This document shows, one piece after another, positions 1 to 8,137 of a DNA stretch of 32,676 nt. The notes beneath the pieces are model-generated. The model was not told the DNA's origin and ran no database searches. It was given only the letters and a program-made list of their open reading frames with translations. Source of the stretch: Candidatus Methylomirabilota bacterium. GTDB taxonomy: Bacteria; Methylomirabilota; Methylomirabilia; Methylomirabilales; CSP1-5. Where the stretch lies: contig JAHFDE010000001.1 in assembly GCA_023249165.1 (NCBI GenBank), positions 5,243 through 37,918 of the forward strand, in the 5' to 3' direction. How positions within the stretch are numbered: the first letter of the stretch is position 1; every line of letters starts with the position of its first letter. The translations under genes were made by a program, and so were the position numbers.

Positions 1-241
1 CCTTCCGGAAGTCGGACCGAATGGCCTCAAGTTTTTGGACCTGCTCAGCAGTCAGATTGAGCGCCTCTTTGTTTTCCAGCATAAAGCTGATCGGGCCCCG
101 CTCGGCCACATCACCATGGCCCATCATGGATTGGTGGCCACCACCGCCCATCATCATGCCGGCGAAGGCGGAGCTACCTGCGCCGCCCACGAAAAGCCAC
201 AGGGCCATCACCGTGACTGCCAACCATCGGTATCCAGACAT
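1..241 (-). CDS. Spy/CpxP-family (LTxxQ) periplasmic protein with Met/His-rich N-terminal region; 3' end runs off the window
   Basis: Hand translation of the minus strand from ATG at 241 gives MSGYRWLAVTVMALWLFVGGAGSSAFAGMMMGGGGHQSMMGHGD...LNLTAEQVQKLEAIRSDFRK. It has a signal-peptide-like start and an LTxxQ motif, with AGGAG about 12 nt upstream. It is absent from the ORF track because no stop lies in the window. Confidence 0.6.
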   Translation of the reverse strand, partial: MSGYRWLAVTVMALWLFVGGAGSSAFAGMMMGGGGHQSMMGHGDVAERGPISFMLENKEALNLTAEQVQKLEAIRSDFRK

Positions 242-261
242 TATGAACCCCCTTCTCCTTT

Positions 262-276
262 GCTACAGCATGTAGC
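262..276. promoter_or_regulatory. Perfect palindrome GCTACA-N3-TGTAGC, a candidate BlaI/CopY-family operator (copy 2)
   Basis: gctacagcatgtagc lies between the peptidase stop (309) and the Spy-like start (241). Its half-sites are the same as at 1750-1764. The TACA/TGTA dyad resembles known BlaI/MecI/CopY boxes. Confidence 0.6.
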
Positions 277-308
277 GGTCAAAGGTTTTTTAAAAAAGGT
301 CCTGGGCC

Positions 309-1274
309 CTACCGCTGCGAGACATGGCAGTTCATCAGAGGCATCGTCGCCATCGCCTGCTCCACTCGCCTCTGCGTAGCGGAACGAGCATGGGGGAGGA
401 CAAGAAACGCCATGAGAAGGGCGGTTATGAAGCCGGTGGCCACCCACCTTCGCCTGGTCGTTTCAGGACGCTTCCGGTTCGCCACCCCCAACAGGCGCTC
501 CACGCGATCCTCCACCGTCAGATGCCCCGCCAATGGTGTCGCTAACGGGATCGCTTGCTGGACACCCGCCCTGGCTGTCTTGACCAGGGCCGAGGCGAGA
601 TCCACCGGCTGGCGGGTGTTCGCCACTGCCCAGTCATCGGCCGCCGCCTCTACGGCATCGGCGAAACCGGCAGCTAATGATCGGGCCACGGGAAGAAACC
701 ACAGGGCGCCCGCCAGGAATCGGACGACCGCCAAGCGCAAAGGATCCCGGCTCTGAACATGGCCGAGTTCGTGGAACAGCACAGCTGCCAGCTCCTCGGG
801 AGACAGCGTGGAAATCATCCCTTCGGACAGCACAACCTGAGGATGCCAGAGGCCTACCGTGAAGGCGAGAGGTCTTGGTGAGTCGAGGAGCCGGAGACGG
901 AGGTGACGGAATTGGGGCCGCGTCAGGACTGCATCCAGTTTTTCAAAACGCCCCCTTATATACCTTCGCGAACGGTGGAGGAGCCGGCGCGTGTTCACGA
1001 GGGACGCACCCGTGCTGAGAACTGCCCAAAGAAACGACCCGGCCACGAACAGGACCGCTACAGCGGTGAGTGGAGCAACCAGGAACTGTTGCTCTGTCAG
1101 GTCCCATGCCGCGCCCATCATCGCCAGGCAGGCGTTCAGCACCCTTCCAGGGAGATGGCTCTTCTGAGCGGCCTCGAGGGCAATGGCCAGACCTGCTGCC
1201 GGGAGCAAGGCGAGCAGCGCAAGGATCCCCAAAAGTCGCCAAGAGCGTCCGGTCGTCGCCTTGTGAGAAATCAC
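309..1274 (-). CDS. BlaR1/MecR1-like M56 (M48 superfamily) membrane zinc metallopeptidase without an obvious extracellular sensor domain
   Basis: The C-terminal 321 codons of ORF 309..1766 carry the HELGH (HExxH) motif, several hydrophobic segments and a C-terminal TM. The GTG at 1274 overlaps the blaI-like stop (GTGA). The upstream part of the tracked ORF overlaps the BlaI-like gene in another frame. Confidence 0.75.
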   Translation of the reverse strand: MISHKATTGRSWRLLGILALLALLPAAGLAIALEAAQKSHLPGRVLNACLAMMGAAWDLTEQQFLVAPLTAVAVLFVAGSFLWAVLSTGASLVNTRRLLHRSRRYIRGRFEKLDAVLTRPQFRHLRLRLLDSPRPLAFTVGLWHPQVVLSEGMISTLSPEELAAVLFHELGHVQSRDPLRLAVVRFLAGALWFLPVARSLAAGFADAVEAAADDWAVANTRQPVDLASALVKTARAGVQQAIPLATPLAGHLTVEDRVERLLGVANRKRPETTRRRWVATGFITALLMAFLVLPHARSATQRRVEQAMATMPLMNCHVSQR

Positions 1275-1720
1275 GATCCCTCTCCCTGTTGCCCCTCCCG
1301 GGCGCGCCGCTCTTCGATAAGGGCCTGCAATCGATCCAGGGAGGAAGGGTCCAACCGAGTCACCGTCTCGAGAAGATGGGCCGCGATAGGTTCGCCAAAA
1401 TCGACAAAGAGTCCGGTAAGGATTTCGTCGCTCACCTCTCGGAGGAATTGTTCTCTCCGCTTTGTCGGGGTATAGACGTGCGCCCGCTCGGCGCTGGTTC
1501 GACGGAGATAACCCTTCTCCGCCAGGCGGCCCATCACCGTCTTCACCGTGGTGTAGGCAATCTCGCGCTGGCCCTCTAGGACCTTGTGGACATCGGCCAC
1601 CGTCGCCCGGCCCAGACCCCAGATGACGTCCATGATCTCGGCTTCGAGGTCGCCAAAAATCTTGCGCAGCCCCTTCTCTTTGGGGCGGAAGACGCTCCGG
1701 CGTCGTTTCTCCGCTTTCAT
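1271..1720 (-). CDS. BlaI/MecI/CopY-family winged-helix transcriptional repressor
   Basis: ORF 1271..1726 has a family-typical sequence (EAEIMDVIWGLGRATVADVHKVL...YTTVKTVMGRLAEKGYL). The ATG at 1720 has better spacing to GGAGAG than the ATG at 1726. The gene is translationally coupled to the M56 peptidase. Confidence 0.85.
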   Translation of the reverse strand: MKAEKRRRSVFRPKEKGLRKIFGDLEAEIMDVIWGLGRATVADVHKVLEGQREIAYTTVKTVMGRLAEKGYLRRTSAERAHVYTPTKRREQFLREVSDEILTGLFVDFGEPIAAHLLETVTRLDPSSLDRLQALIEERRAREGQQGEGS

Positions 1721-1742
1721 CCCCATGTCTCTCCGCCGGGAA

Positions 1743-1771
1743 AGTATATGCTACACGCTGTAGCAAGTCAA
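1743..1771 (-). promoter_or_regulatory. Sigma70-type promoter TTGACT-17-TATACT with operator palindrome GCTACA-N3-TGTAGC (1750-1764) filling the spacer
   Basis: The minus strand reads cTTGACTtgctacagcgtgtagcaTATACTttcccggcggagagacATG. The -35 is at 1766-1771, the -10 at 1743-1748, and the spacer is 17 nt. Confidence 0.7.
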
Positions 1772-1855
1772 GCGGATCTTGCCGGTCGCCAAGAGGCGAA
1801 CGGGTGCTGACGGATACTTGAATCCGGAGATTACGGCGAACGGAACCCCGTGTCC

Positions 1856-2452
1856 CTAGGGCTGACGGGAGGGGACGGCCGCGATGTCGTTCAGGGTAAA
1901 GACTGCCTCGTAGGGTATGCCGAGGCTGGATAGCTTCTCGGTGCCTCCCTCGAGCCGGTCGACGAGGACGATGATCTTCACGATCTGAAAGCCCTGCTCC
2001 CGGGAAGCCTCGATCGCCCTGAGCGTCGAACCCCCGGTCGTCACCACATCATCGACGATCACGACCCTGGATCCCGACGTGCTGTGTCCTTCGACCCATC
2101 TCTTGAGGCCGTGTCCCTTAGGCTCCTTACGGACAAAAAAGGTCTCGATCGGCTCCGCCACCTGATAGCTGTGGTACGCCACGGCCGCCGCGATCGGAAT
2201 CGCCCCATCGGCCGGACCGCCGACAGCGTCCACCTTCGTCTTCGTCTCGCGCTCGAATTGTTTGATCCGCTGAAAGAGAACGGTCCCCGTCGCCACCAGT
2301 GCCTCCGGCGCGCACAACAGAGCCCTGAGATCGACGTAATGCGGACTCAGCCGCCCCGATGAGAGCTGAAACGGAGCCTCCGGGCTGTAGCGATAGGCAC
2401 GCTCGCGTATCAGCTCGAGCAAGCGCTTTTCCGCTTTGTTCACGATCCTCAC
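1856..2452 (-). CDS. pyrE: Orotate phosphoribosyltransferase
   Basis: This 198-aa ORF has the PRPP-binding motif VVIVDDVVTTGGS and the typical OPRTase length and layout. It starts with GTG. Confidence 0.85.
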   Translation of the reverse strand: MRIVNKAEKRLLELIRERAYRYSPEAPFQLSSGRLSPHYVDLRALLCAPEALVATGTVLFQRIKQFERETKTKVDAVGGPADGAIPIAAAVAYHSYQVAEPIETFFVRKEPKGHGLKRWVEGHSTSGSRVVIVDDVVTTGGSTLRAIEASREQGFQIVKIIVLVDRLEGGTEKLSSLGIPYEAVFTLNDIAAVPSRQP

Positions 2453-2570
2453 CTCGTGCGTTTCGGGACCATTGGGCGGTCACCTATTCCCATGGTACCC
2501 GAGGGATGGAAGGGGCGTCAATGCGCATCTCCGCGCAAGGGCGTCCCCTCTCGATGGAAGAGGAGAAGGG

Positions 2571-3461
2571 CTAGGTACTACTCCGAGAAAGCAGCGCGCT
2601 ATACCCCTCGCGAAACGTCGGGTACCGAAAGATATACCCCGAAGCCACAAGTTTGGCGTTGCGACAGCGTTTGTTGCCCGCCCGCCGTCGCGGGCGAGGC
2701 GGGCCCCGCTGACGCCGCGGGCCGAGATCGATGGACCGTTCCACCCGCGGCACGGGCACGCCGAGCTGTGCCGCCAGCCATCGCAAGACCGCGCATTCCT
2801 CCGCCGGCTCACGGTCCACCCCTATATAGAGGTCGTCCGGTTGAGGTAGCGCCATGAGGTGCTTCAGCACGCTGGCGCAGTCGTCGCGGTGGATCCGGTT
2901 CGTGAAGAGCGGCGGACCGTCAGCGCACACGGCCTCGCCACGGCGGACGCGTTCGATCAGGCCTGCTCGACCTGGACCGTAAATGCCACCCAGCCGGAGG
3001 ATGGTAGCGGGAAAGGGACTGCCAAGGAGCAGGCGCTCCGCCTCGAGCATGCGAGTGCCGGAGAAGTGAACTGGTTCGGTTGACGACGTCTCATCCACCC
3101 ATTCCCCGTTCGCTTGAGCGTAGACGACGGTGCTCGACGTGAAGAAGATGCGCCGAGGCTCCTGCCCCTGGTGCTGGAAGGCGTCGAGGACATGGGAGAG
3201 CCCTTCCACGTAAATGCTCCGGTAGGCCTCGTCGTCCAGGCGGTCGGGCGCCGCCGTGTAGACGACACACTCCAAGCCGCTCGGGAGGTTTCGAAGCGTC
3301 CCGGGATCCGTGAGGTCGGCCGCCAGGGGGCGCACGCCGGGCGGCAGGCCCGCAGGATCACGACGCAAACCCCAAACGACGTGCCCCTCCGCCACCAGCC
3401 GTTCCGCGAGGGCTGTGCCGACGTAGCCGCAGCCTGCGATGAGGATCCGAGCCATGATCAA
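2571..3461 (-). CDS. NAD(P)-dependent epimerase/dehydratase (extended SDR family)
   Basis: This 296-aa ORF has the N-terminal Rossmann motif ILIAGCGYVGTAL. The specific substrate cannot be assigned. Confidence 0.7.
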   Translation of the reverse strand: MIMARILIAGCGYVGTALAERLVAEGHVVWGLRRDPAGLPPGVRPLAADLTDPGTLRNLPSGLECVVYTAAPDRLDDEAYRSIYVEGLSHVLDAFQHQGQEPRRIFFTSSTVVYAQANGEWVDETSSTEPVHFSGTRMLEAERLLLGSPFPATILRLGGIYGPGRAGLIERVRRGEAVCADGPPLFTNRIHRDDCASVLKHLMALPQPDDLYIGVDREPAEECAVLRWLAAQLGVPVPRVERSIDLGPRRQRGPPRPRRRAGNKRCRNAKLVASGYIFRYPTFREGYSALLSRSST

Positions 3462-3611
3462 GACCTCTCTGCCGCAACTGGGCGGCGCCGCGCTACACGT
3501 GATTGCGCAGCATCAGCTCCTTCGGGTACGGATTCAGATAGACCTGTAGGAGTAATGGTTCTTGGGAGGGGACCCTCAGCCTCCGGCCGAGCGACGCACG
3601 CTCTGTGCGGA

Positions 3612-3992
3612 TTACTCCGCAAGGGGATGACGAGATTGCTTCCTCTGGGCAAGCTGCCTCAGAATCTGCACATTGCCCGAAACGAGAGCTTTCTTCTTGG
3701 CATGCGTCCAGCCCTTGAGCTGGCGTTCACGCTTTAGAGCAGAGGCTTTGTCGGGATGTGGCTCAGAGTAGATGATCCGTCGGAAGCCAAATACTCGCGA
3801 AGTCCGGGTGCTGGGTTTTCCGCCAGCATGCTCGGTGGAGCGTCGCTTGAGATTATCCGTGACCCCGACGTACAACTGCCCATTCTTCAATTGAGCAATG
3901 TAGGTATAATAGCCCTTCGATCCAGAGTCTGTCAGGGTCAACGGAAGCCCTTCGACTCGCCTTGCTCGCTCAGGGCATTCGCCTCGCGCCAC
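3612..3992 (-). CDS. Small GIY-YIG (URI-domain) nuclease-family protein; start codon uncertain
   Basis: The sequence KGYYTYIAQLKNGQLYVGVTDNLKRRSTEH...RERQLKGW matches the GIY-YIG core. The N-terminal extension (ARGECPERARRVEG) is encoded by a locally repeated sequence. An internal TTG start is possible. Confidence 0.75.
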   Translation of the reverse strand: MARGECPERARRVEGLPLTLTDSGSKGYYTYIAQLKNGQLYVGVTDNLKRRSTEHAGGKPSTRTSRVFGFRRIIYSEPHPDKASALKRERQLKGWTHAKKKALVSGNVQILRQLAQRKQSRHPLAE

Positions 3993-4048
3993 GACGACCT
4001 GTCGAATGGCTTGCCATGAGCGAGAGCCACGGAGTGGCGCGAGTCGAA

Positions 4049-4124
4049 TGGCTCCCCGGGCAGGGCTCGAACCTGCAGCCTAGCGGTTAACAGCCGCTCG
4101 CTCCACCATTGAGCTACCGGGGAA
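4049..4124 (-). tRNA. tRNA-Asn (anticodon GTT), CCA encoded
   Basis: Hand-folded cloverleaf: acceptor TCCCCGG/CCGGGGA, anticodon arm AGCGG-CTGTTAA-CCGCT, T-arm GCAGGTTCGAGCCCTGC, 3' GCCA. Confidence 0.9.
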
Positions 4125-4138
4125 TCCTGGCAGTAATG

Positions 4139-4285
4139 CTAGCGCAAATCGGGACGAGCGTCAAAGCGCTTCCTCGTCCCGAACAGGCCGAAAGGGGAGG
4201 CGCTGTCCAGCTCAGCAATATGGACATAGTAGCCCTTCGACTCGGTCGCGCGCAAGACGACGCTCCCTCGCTCAGGGCATTCGCC
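4139..4285 (-). pseudogene. Truncated second copy of the GIY-YIG gene (N-terminal part only)
   Basis: The minus-strand frame reads ECPERGSVVLRATESKGYYVHIAELDSAS..., then diverges and stops at TAG (4139-4141). It shares 12-21-nt identical blocks with the 5' region of the intact copy. Confidence 0.5.
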
Positions 4286-4326
4286 TCACCCTAGCTCGCC
4301 ATGAGCGAGCGGAGCGAGTCGAATGG

Positions 4327-4914
4327 CTACGTCTTCTTCTGGAGTTCCTGCATGACGAGCTTGGCGATGGCCTTCAGCGTTTCGAAGACGCCGATTCCTT
4401 GGGGGGCGACCGCCTCGAACCAGGGGAGGTTGCGGGAATTGAGGGCCTTCTGCAGCTCATCGATGGGGACCGCGTTCTTGAGGTCTCGCTTGTTATATTG
4501 GATCACCAGCGAGATCTTGTCCGGGTCGATCCCCTGGTCCACCAGGTGCTGCTGCATATCGGCCAGGCTCTGGATGTTGGCCTCCATGCGTTCGAGCTGC
4601 GAGTCGGCAACAAAAACCACCCCGTCGGCCCCCTTCAGGATCAGCCTGCGACTGGCCTCATAGAAGATCTGGCCAGGAACCGTGTAGAGGTGGAAACGCG
4701 TCTTGAACCCTCGGATCGCCCCCAGTTCCAGCGGCAGGAAATCAAAGAAGAGCGTCCGCTCCGATTCCGTGGCCAGCGAGATGAGCTTGCCCTTCATCCC
4801 GGGGTCCACCTTCTTGTAAATGTGCTGCAGATTCGTGGTCTTGCCGCAGAGACCTGGGCCGTAGTAGACCAGTTTGCAGTTGATCTCCCGAGCCGCGTAG
4901 TTGATGAAGGACAT
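4327..4914 (-). CDS. mglA: Ras-like small GTPase MglA (mutual gliding-motility/polarity GTPase)
   Basis: This 195-aa ORF is nearly collinear with Myxococcus MglA as I recall it (MSFINY..REINCK.VYYGPGLCGKTTNLQ, TRFHLYTVPGQ, QYNKRDL). Confidence 0.9.
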   Translation of the reverse strand: MSFINYAAREINCKLVYYGPGLCGKTTNLQHIYKKVDPGMKGKLISLATESERTLFFDFLPLELGAIRGFKTRFHLYTVPGQIFYEASRRLILKGADGVVFVADSQLERMEANIQSLADMQQHLVDQGIDPDKISLVIQYNKRDLKNAVPIDELQKALNSRNLPWFEAVAPQGIGVFETLKAIAKLVMQELQKKT

Positions 4915-4917
4915 GCC

Positions 4918-5424
4918 TTAACCCTTGCCGAAGAGGTTTTCGACGTCGTCGTCGGTGATCTCGCCTATGTTGGGCTTCGCAAGAGGGTTCCCCTCCTCCG
5001 CGACCGGGTCCGGCCGCTTGGAGAGTTCAGTGAAAACCTCTTCGATCTCCCTGGAGAACTTCTTGACCTGGAGGCGGACCAGCGCCACGGCCGAGTTCTG
5101 ATCCAATAGCACCAGCAGGATGGCGCGGCCCCCGATGAGGGAGAGGTGGAGACGCTTCCGCTCCCCGTCGTAGAAGACAAAAGAAAATTCCTTCTCGCCC
5201 AGGAGCTGGGCTAACGCCCCCGCGGCGGCGACACTGCCCGCGGCGAGACTCGCGAGCGGCGTCGTATCAAGCGCGTCCGTCTCTCCGGCGCTGGCGATAA
5301 GCTGCCCGCTCGTGTCGATGAGGAGGACCGCCGCGCTCCGCGCCTTCCGCTGCAGGGAAGACAGGCAGGTGTTGATCCGGCTGAGGTCCTCTTCGTAGAT
5401 AACCAGATTGGTTATGGGGCGCAC
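4918..5424 (-). CDS. mglB: Roadblock/LC7-domain protein MglB (MglA GAP)
   Basis: This 168-aa ORF lies directly upstream of mglA with a 3-nt gap and has roadblock-like sequence (VIYEEDLSRINTCL...LLIDTSGQLIASAG). It starts with GTG. Confidence 0.8.
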   Translation of the reverse strand: MRPITNLVIYEEDLSRINTCLSSLQRKARSAAVLLIDTSGQLIASAGETDALDTTPLASLAAGSVAAAGALAQLLGEKEFSFVFYDGERKRLHLSLIGGRAILLVLLDQNSAVALVRLQVKKFSREIEEVFTELSKRPDPVAEEGNPLAKPNIGEITDDDVENLFGKG

Positions 5425-5479
5425 AGACCCTCCGTGGGGCTCCAGGGGAACCTGCTTTCAACTTTCGTGCCATTTTGCC

Positions 5480-6085
5480 CTACCCCAGCTCCCGCCGTCC
5501 CTCGAGAGCCCGGCCCAACGTGAGCTCGTCGGCGTACTCCAGATCCCCCCCCACGGGGAGGCCATGAGCAATCCGGGTGACCCGCACCCCGAGCGGGGCA
5601 ATCAGGCGGGCGAGGTACAGGGCCGTGGCCTCCCCCTCCACATTCGGGTTGCTGGCCAGGATGACCTCCTTCACCTCCCCGGACCGCAAACGATGTATCA
5701 ACTGTTTCGCGGTGATCTGGTCCGGGCCCCGCCCCTCAATCGGCGAGAGGGACCCCTGGAGGACATGATACAGCCCCTTGAACGTCCCGGTCCGCTCGAT
5801 GGCCAAGAGGTCGTTTGCCTCTTCCACCACGCAGAGGATGCTGCCGTCGCGGGTCGGGTCCTGGCAGATCAGGCACTGCTCCGCCTCAGCGATATTCCCG
5901 CAGCGCTCGCAGATGCGGATCTTCTCCTTCAGCTCCACGATGGCTTCGGCTAACGTCATGGCCTCCTCCCGAGAGGCCTTCAGAAGGTAAAAGGCAAGGC
6001 GCTGGGCAGTCTTCGCACCCACACCCGGAAGGCGCATCAGGACATCGACGAGGCGGTTGAGGGGGGAGGCGTACCGGATCACCAT
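5480..6085 (-). CDS. recR: Recombination protein RecR
   Basis: This 201-aa ORF has an HhH N-terminus (LPGVGAKTAQRLAFYL), the C4 zinc finger CERCGNIAEAEQCLIC and a Toprim region. Confidence 0.95.
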   Translation of the reverse strand: MVIRYASPLNRLVDVLMRLPGVGAKTAQRLAFYLLKASREEAMTLAEAIVELKEKIRICERCGNIAEAEQCLICQDPTRDGSILCVVEEANDLLAIERTGTFKGLYHVLQGSLSPIEGRGPDQITAKQLIHRLRSGEVKEVILASNPNVEGEATALYLARLIAPLGVRVTRIAHGLPVGGDLEYADELTLGRALEGRRELG

Positions 6086-6090
6086 GGTCT

Positions 6091-6402
6091 CTAGAAGAGT
6101 CCCGGCAGGTTGAGGCCGCCGGTCAGCCGTCCCATCTCGCTCGTGAGCAGGTCCCGGGACCGGCGCAAGGCCTCGTTGGTGGCAGCCACGATGAGATCCT
6201 GCAGCATCTCCAGGTCCCCGCCCTGAATCACCTCGGGGTCGATCCGGACCGCCACGATTTCCCCCCGACCGTCAGCCGTCACCGTCACCATCCCCCCGCC
6301 GGCCGAGCCCTCCACCCGCTGTGTGGCGGCCGCCTCCTGAATCCGCTCGAGCTCCGCCTTCATCCGCTGGGCCTGCTTCATGAGATCGCCAAATCCCTTC
6401 AT
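6091..6402 (-). CDS. ybaB: YbaB/EbfC-family nucleoid-associated protein
   Basis: This 103-aa ORF has the typical sequence (MKQAQRMKAELERIQEE...GGMVTVTADGRGEIVAVRIDPEV). Its ATG overlaps the dnaX stop (ATGA). Confidence 0.9.
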   Translation of the reverse strand: MKGFGDLMKQAQRMKAELERIQEAAATQRVEGSAGGGMVTVTADGRGEIVAVRIDPEVIQGGDLEMLQDLIVAATNEALRRSRDLLTSEMGRLTGGLNLPGLF

Positions 6403-8015
6403 GGCTCACCTTGGTGAGAGATGATCTCTCCTCCCTCCTCAACCTCGACGACCCGACCCCCAAACACCTCGAGCGCCTCTCGAACCAGGGGGTGGCTCCG
6501 AGCAGGCATCCGGGCCGGTTCCTCCCGTTTTCCCGCCGCCAAAGGGAGAAAGCGGTAGGCGACCTGGAGGCGTCTGCCGTAGACGGCAGAGATGGTCGAG
6601 GCAAGGAGGCTGCGGACCTCGGGGTCCTCCAGGGTGGAGCGAGCGAAATGATTTCCGTTGGCGAAGGTCAACGTCAAGGTCTCCCCCTCCAGCGTGACCT
6701 CGGCCTCGGCTAAGAGAACACCCAAGGAGCGCCGCTCCGAACCGATCCGCCGCCGCACCTCATGCCATCGGTCCTCAGGCCCGATGGCGGCCGGCGGCGG
6801 GCTAGGGGGGTCGGCTTTCTCCCGAGGCGTGAAAAGTTCAGCCTGTGGGGCAGGAGGCTCGGGGACGACCCCCAGGCGCCCCTCCAGGGACTCCAGGCGC
6901 TTGATCAGGCTTCCCAGGGACTCCAGCCCCCGAGCCTCGGCCATCCGGACCAGCGCCATCTCGAGGACATAGCGTGGTTGGGACGCCCGCCGCATCTCCC
7001 CCTCGGCATCCAAGAGAAATCGCAGCGCCAATTCCAGGTGGGGAATCTCCACGTGCGCCGCCCGCTGCTCGAGATCCCGCATGACCTCCGGAGCAAGCCC
7101 CAGGATCTCTCCTGCCTTGGGGCTGAGCTTCACAAGCAAGAGCGACCGGAGCTGCTCCAACAAGTCGAGGACAAAGGTGCGGAGATCTCCCCCTGTGGCG
7201 GCGAGCTCGCCGACAAGCTCCACGACCTTCCCCGGGTCCCCCGCCAAGCAGGCCCCCATCACCGCCCGGACCACCTCGGGCGCCGTCCATCCCAGGACGG
7301 CCCCCACCACATCGGCAGTCACCCGCTCGCCTCCATACGCGATCACCTGATCGAGGATGCTCTGGGCATCGCGCAGGCTCCCGTCGGCCGCCCGGGCGAG
7401 AGCGGCCAGGGCTTCCGGAGCCACGTCTACCCTTTCAGCCTCCGCAATCGCCCGAAGACGCTCCGTAAGCAGGCCCTGGCCAATGCGACGAAAGTCGTAG
7501 CGCTGGCAGCGGGAGTGGATCGTGGGGGGGACCTTGTGCGGTTCGGTCGTGGCGAGGATAAAAACCACCTTGGGCGGCGGCTCCTCCAGGGTCTTCAGGA
7601 GGGCATTGAAGGCCGAAAGAGAAAGCATATGGACTTCATCGATGATGTAGACCTTGGTGCGGCCTCTGACCGGCTGGTAGATCAACTGTTCCTGCAGATC
7701 CCGCACATGCTCGACACCGGTGTGCGAGGCGCCATCGATCTCTACGCAGTCCACGGCAGCGCCTGCCGTGATCTCGCGGCAGTTGAGGCACTGGTTACAC
7801 GGCTCAGGCGTTGGGCCACTGTCGCAGTTCAAGGCCTTGGCGAGGATCCGCGCAGTGGTGGTCTTACCGACCCCCCGAGGACCCGCGAAGAGAATGGCGT
7901 GAGCCACCCGGCCCTGCTGGAGCGCATTCTTGAGGGTCCGGGTGACCGCCTCCTGCCCCACGACTTCGTCGAAGGTCTGGGGGCGCCACCGCCTAGCTAG
8001 TACCTGATACGACAT
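6399..8015 (-). CDS. dnaX: DNA polymerase III subunit gamma/tau
   Basis: The ORF carries MSYQVLARRWRPQTFDEVVGQE, Walker A GPRGVGKTT and a zinc module CNQCLNC. I prefer the start at ATG 8015, because the upstream 12 codons of the tracked ORF are encoded by a heptamer repeat array. Confidence 0.95.
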   Translation of the reverse strand: MSYQVLARRWRPQTFDEVVGQEAVTRTLKNALQQGRVAHAILFAGPRGVGKTTTARILAKALNCDSGPTPEPCNQCLNCREITAGAAVDCVEIDGASHTGVEHVRDLQEQLIYQPVRGRTKVYIIDEVHMLSLSAFNALLKTLEEPPPKVVFILATTEPHKVPPTIHSRCQRYDFRRIGQGLLTERLRAIAEAERVDVAPEALAALARAADGSLRDAQSILDQVIAYGGERVTADVVGAVLGWTAPEVVRAVMGACLAGDPGKVVELVGELAATGGDLRTFVLDLLEQLRSLLLVKLSPKAGEILGLAPEVMRDLEQRAAHVEIPHLELALRFLLDAEGEMRRASQPRYVLEMALVRMAEARGLESLGSLIKRLESLEGRLGVVPEPPAPQAELFTPREKADPPSPPPAAIGPEDRWHEVRRRIGSERRSLGVLLAEAEVTLEGETLTLTFANGNHFARSTLEDPEVRSLLASTISAVYGRRLQVAYRFLPLAAGKREEPARMPARSHPLVREALEVFGGRVVEVEEGGEIISHQGEP

Positions 8016-8024
8016 AGATCTCTC

Positions 8025-8131
8025 GTTCGTGGTTGATGGTTCAGAGTTCATAGAGGAGCCGGAGCACGGTCACCTGCTCTGAACCATGAACGGCTCGGCT
8101 GAGCTCGCCGTAGCCTATGAACCCTGAACCG
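8025..8131. repeat. Tandem-oligomer inverted repeat, 7-nt unit GGTTCAN (left arm 4 copies; right arm 2+2 copies split by 21 nt)
   Basis: The left arm 8025-8053 reads GTTCGTG GTTGATG GTTCAGA GTTCATA. The right-arm pieces are 8077-8093 (ctctgaaccatgaacgg) and 8115-8131 (ctatgaaccctgaaccg). Confidence 0.8.
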
Positions 8132-8137
8132 AAAAAA

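Noticed and set aside
309-1766. A single 485-aa ORF spanning both the BlaI-like and BlaR-like genes.
   Set aside because: Only the C-terminal 321 codons are peptidase-like. The N-terminal part overlaps the clearly genuine BlaI-family ORF (1271-1720) in another frame and is Arg/Gly/Pro-rich junk. GTG 1274 gives a tidy GTGA overlap.
6399-8051. A programmed -1 frameshift site (A AAA AAG type) in dnaX, and the upstream ATG 8051 as start.
   Set aside because: No slippery heptamer was seen in the coding strand. The 12 extra N-terminal codons from 8051 are encoded by the GGTTCA heptamer array, while MSYQVLARRWRP from ATG 8015 is the conserved DnaX N-terminus.
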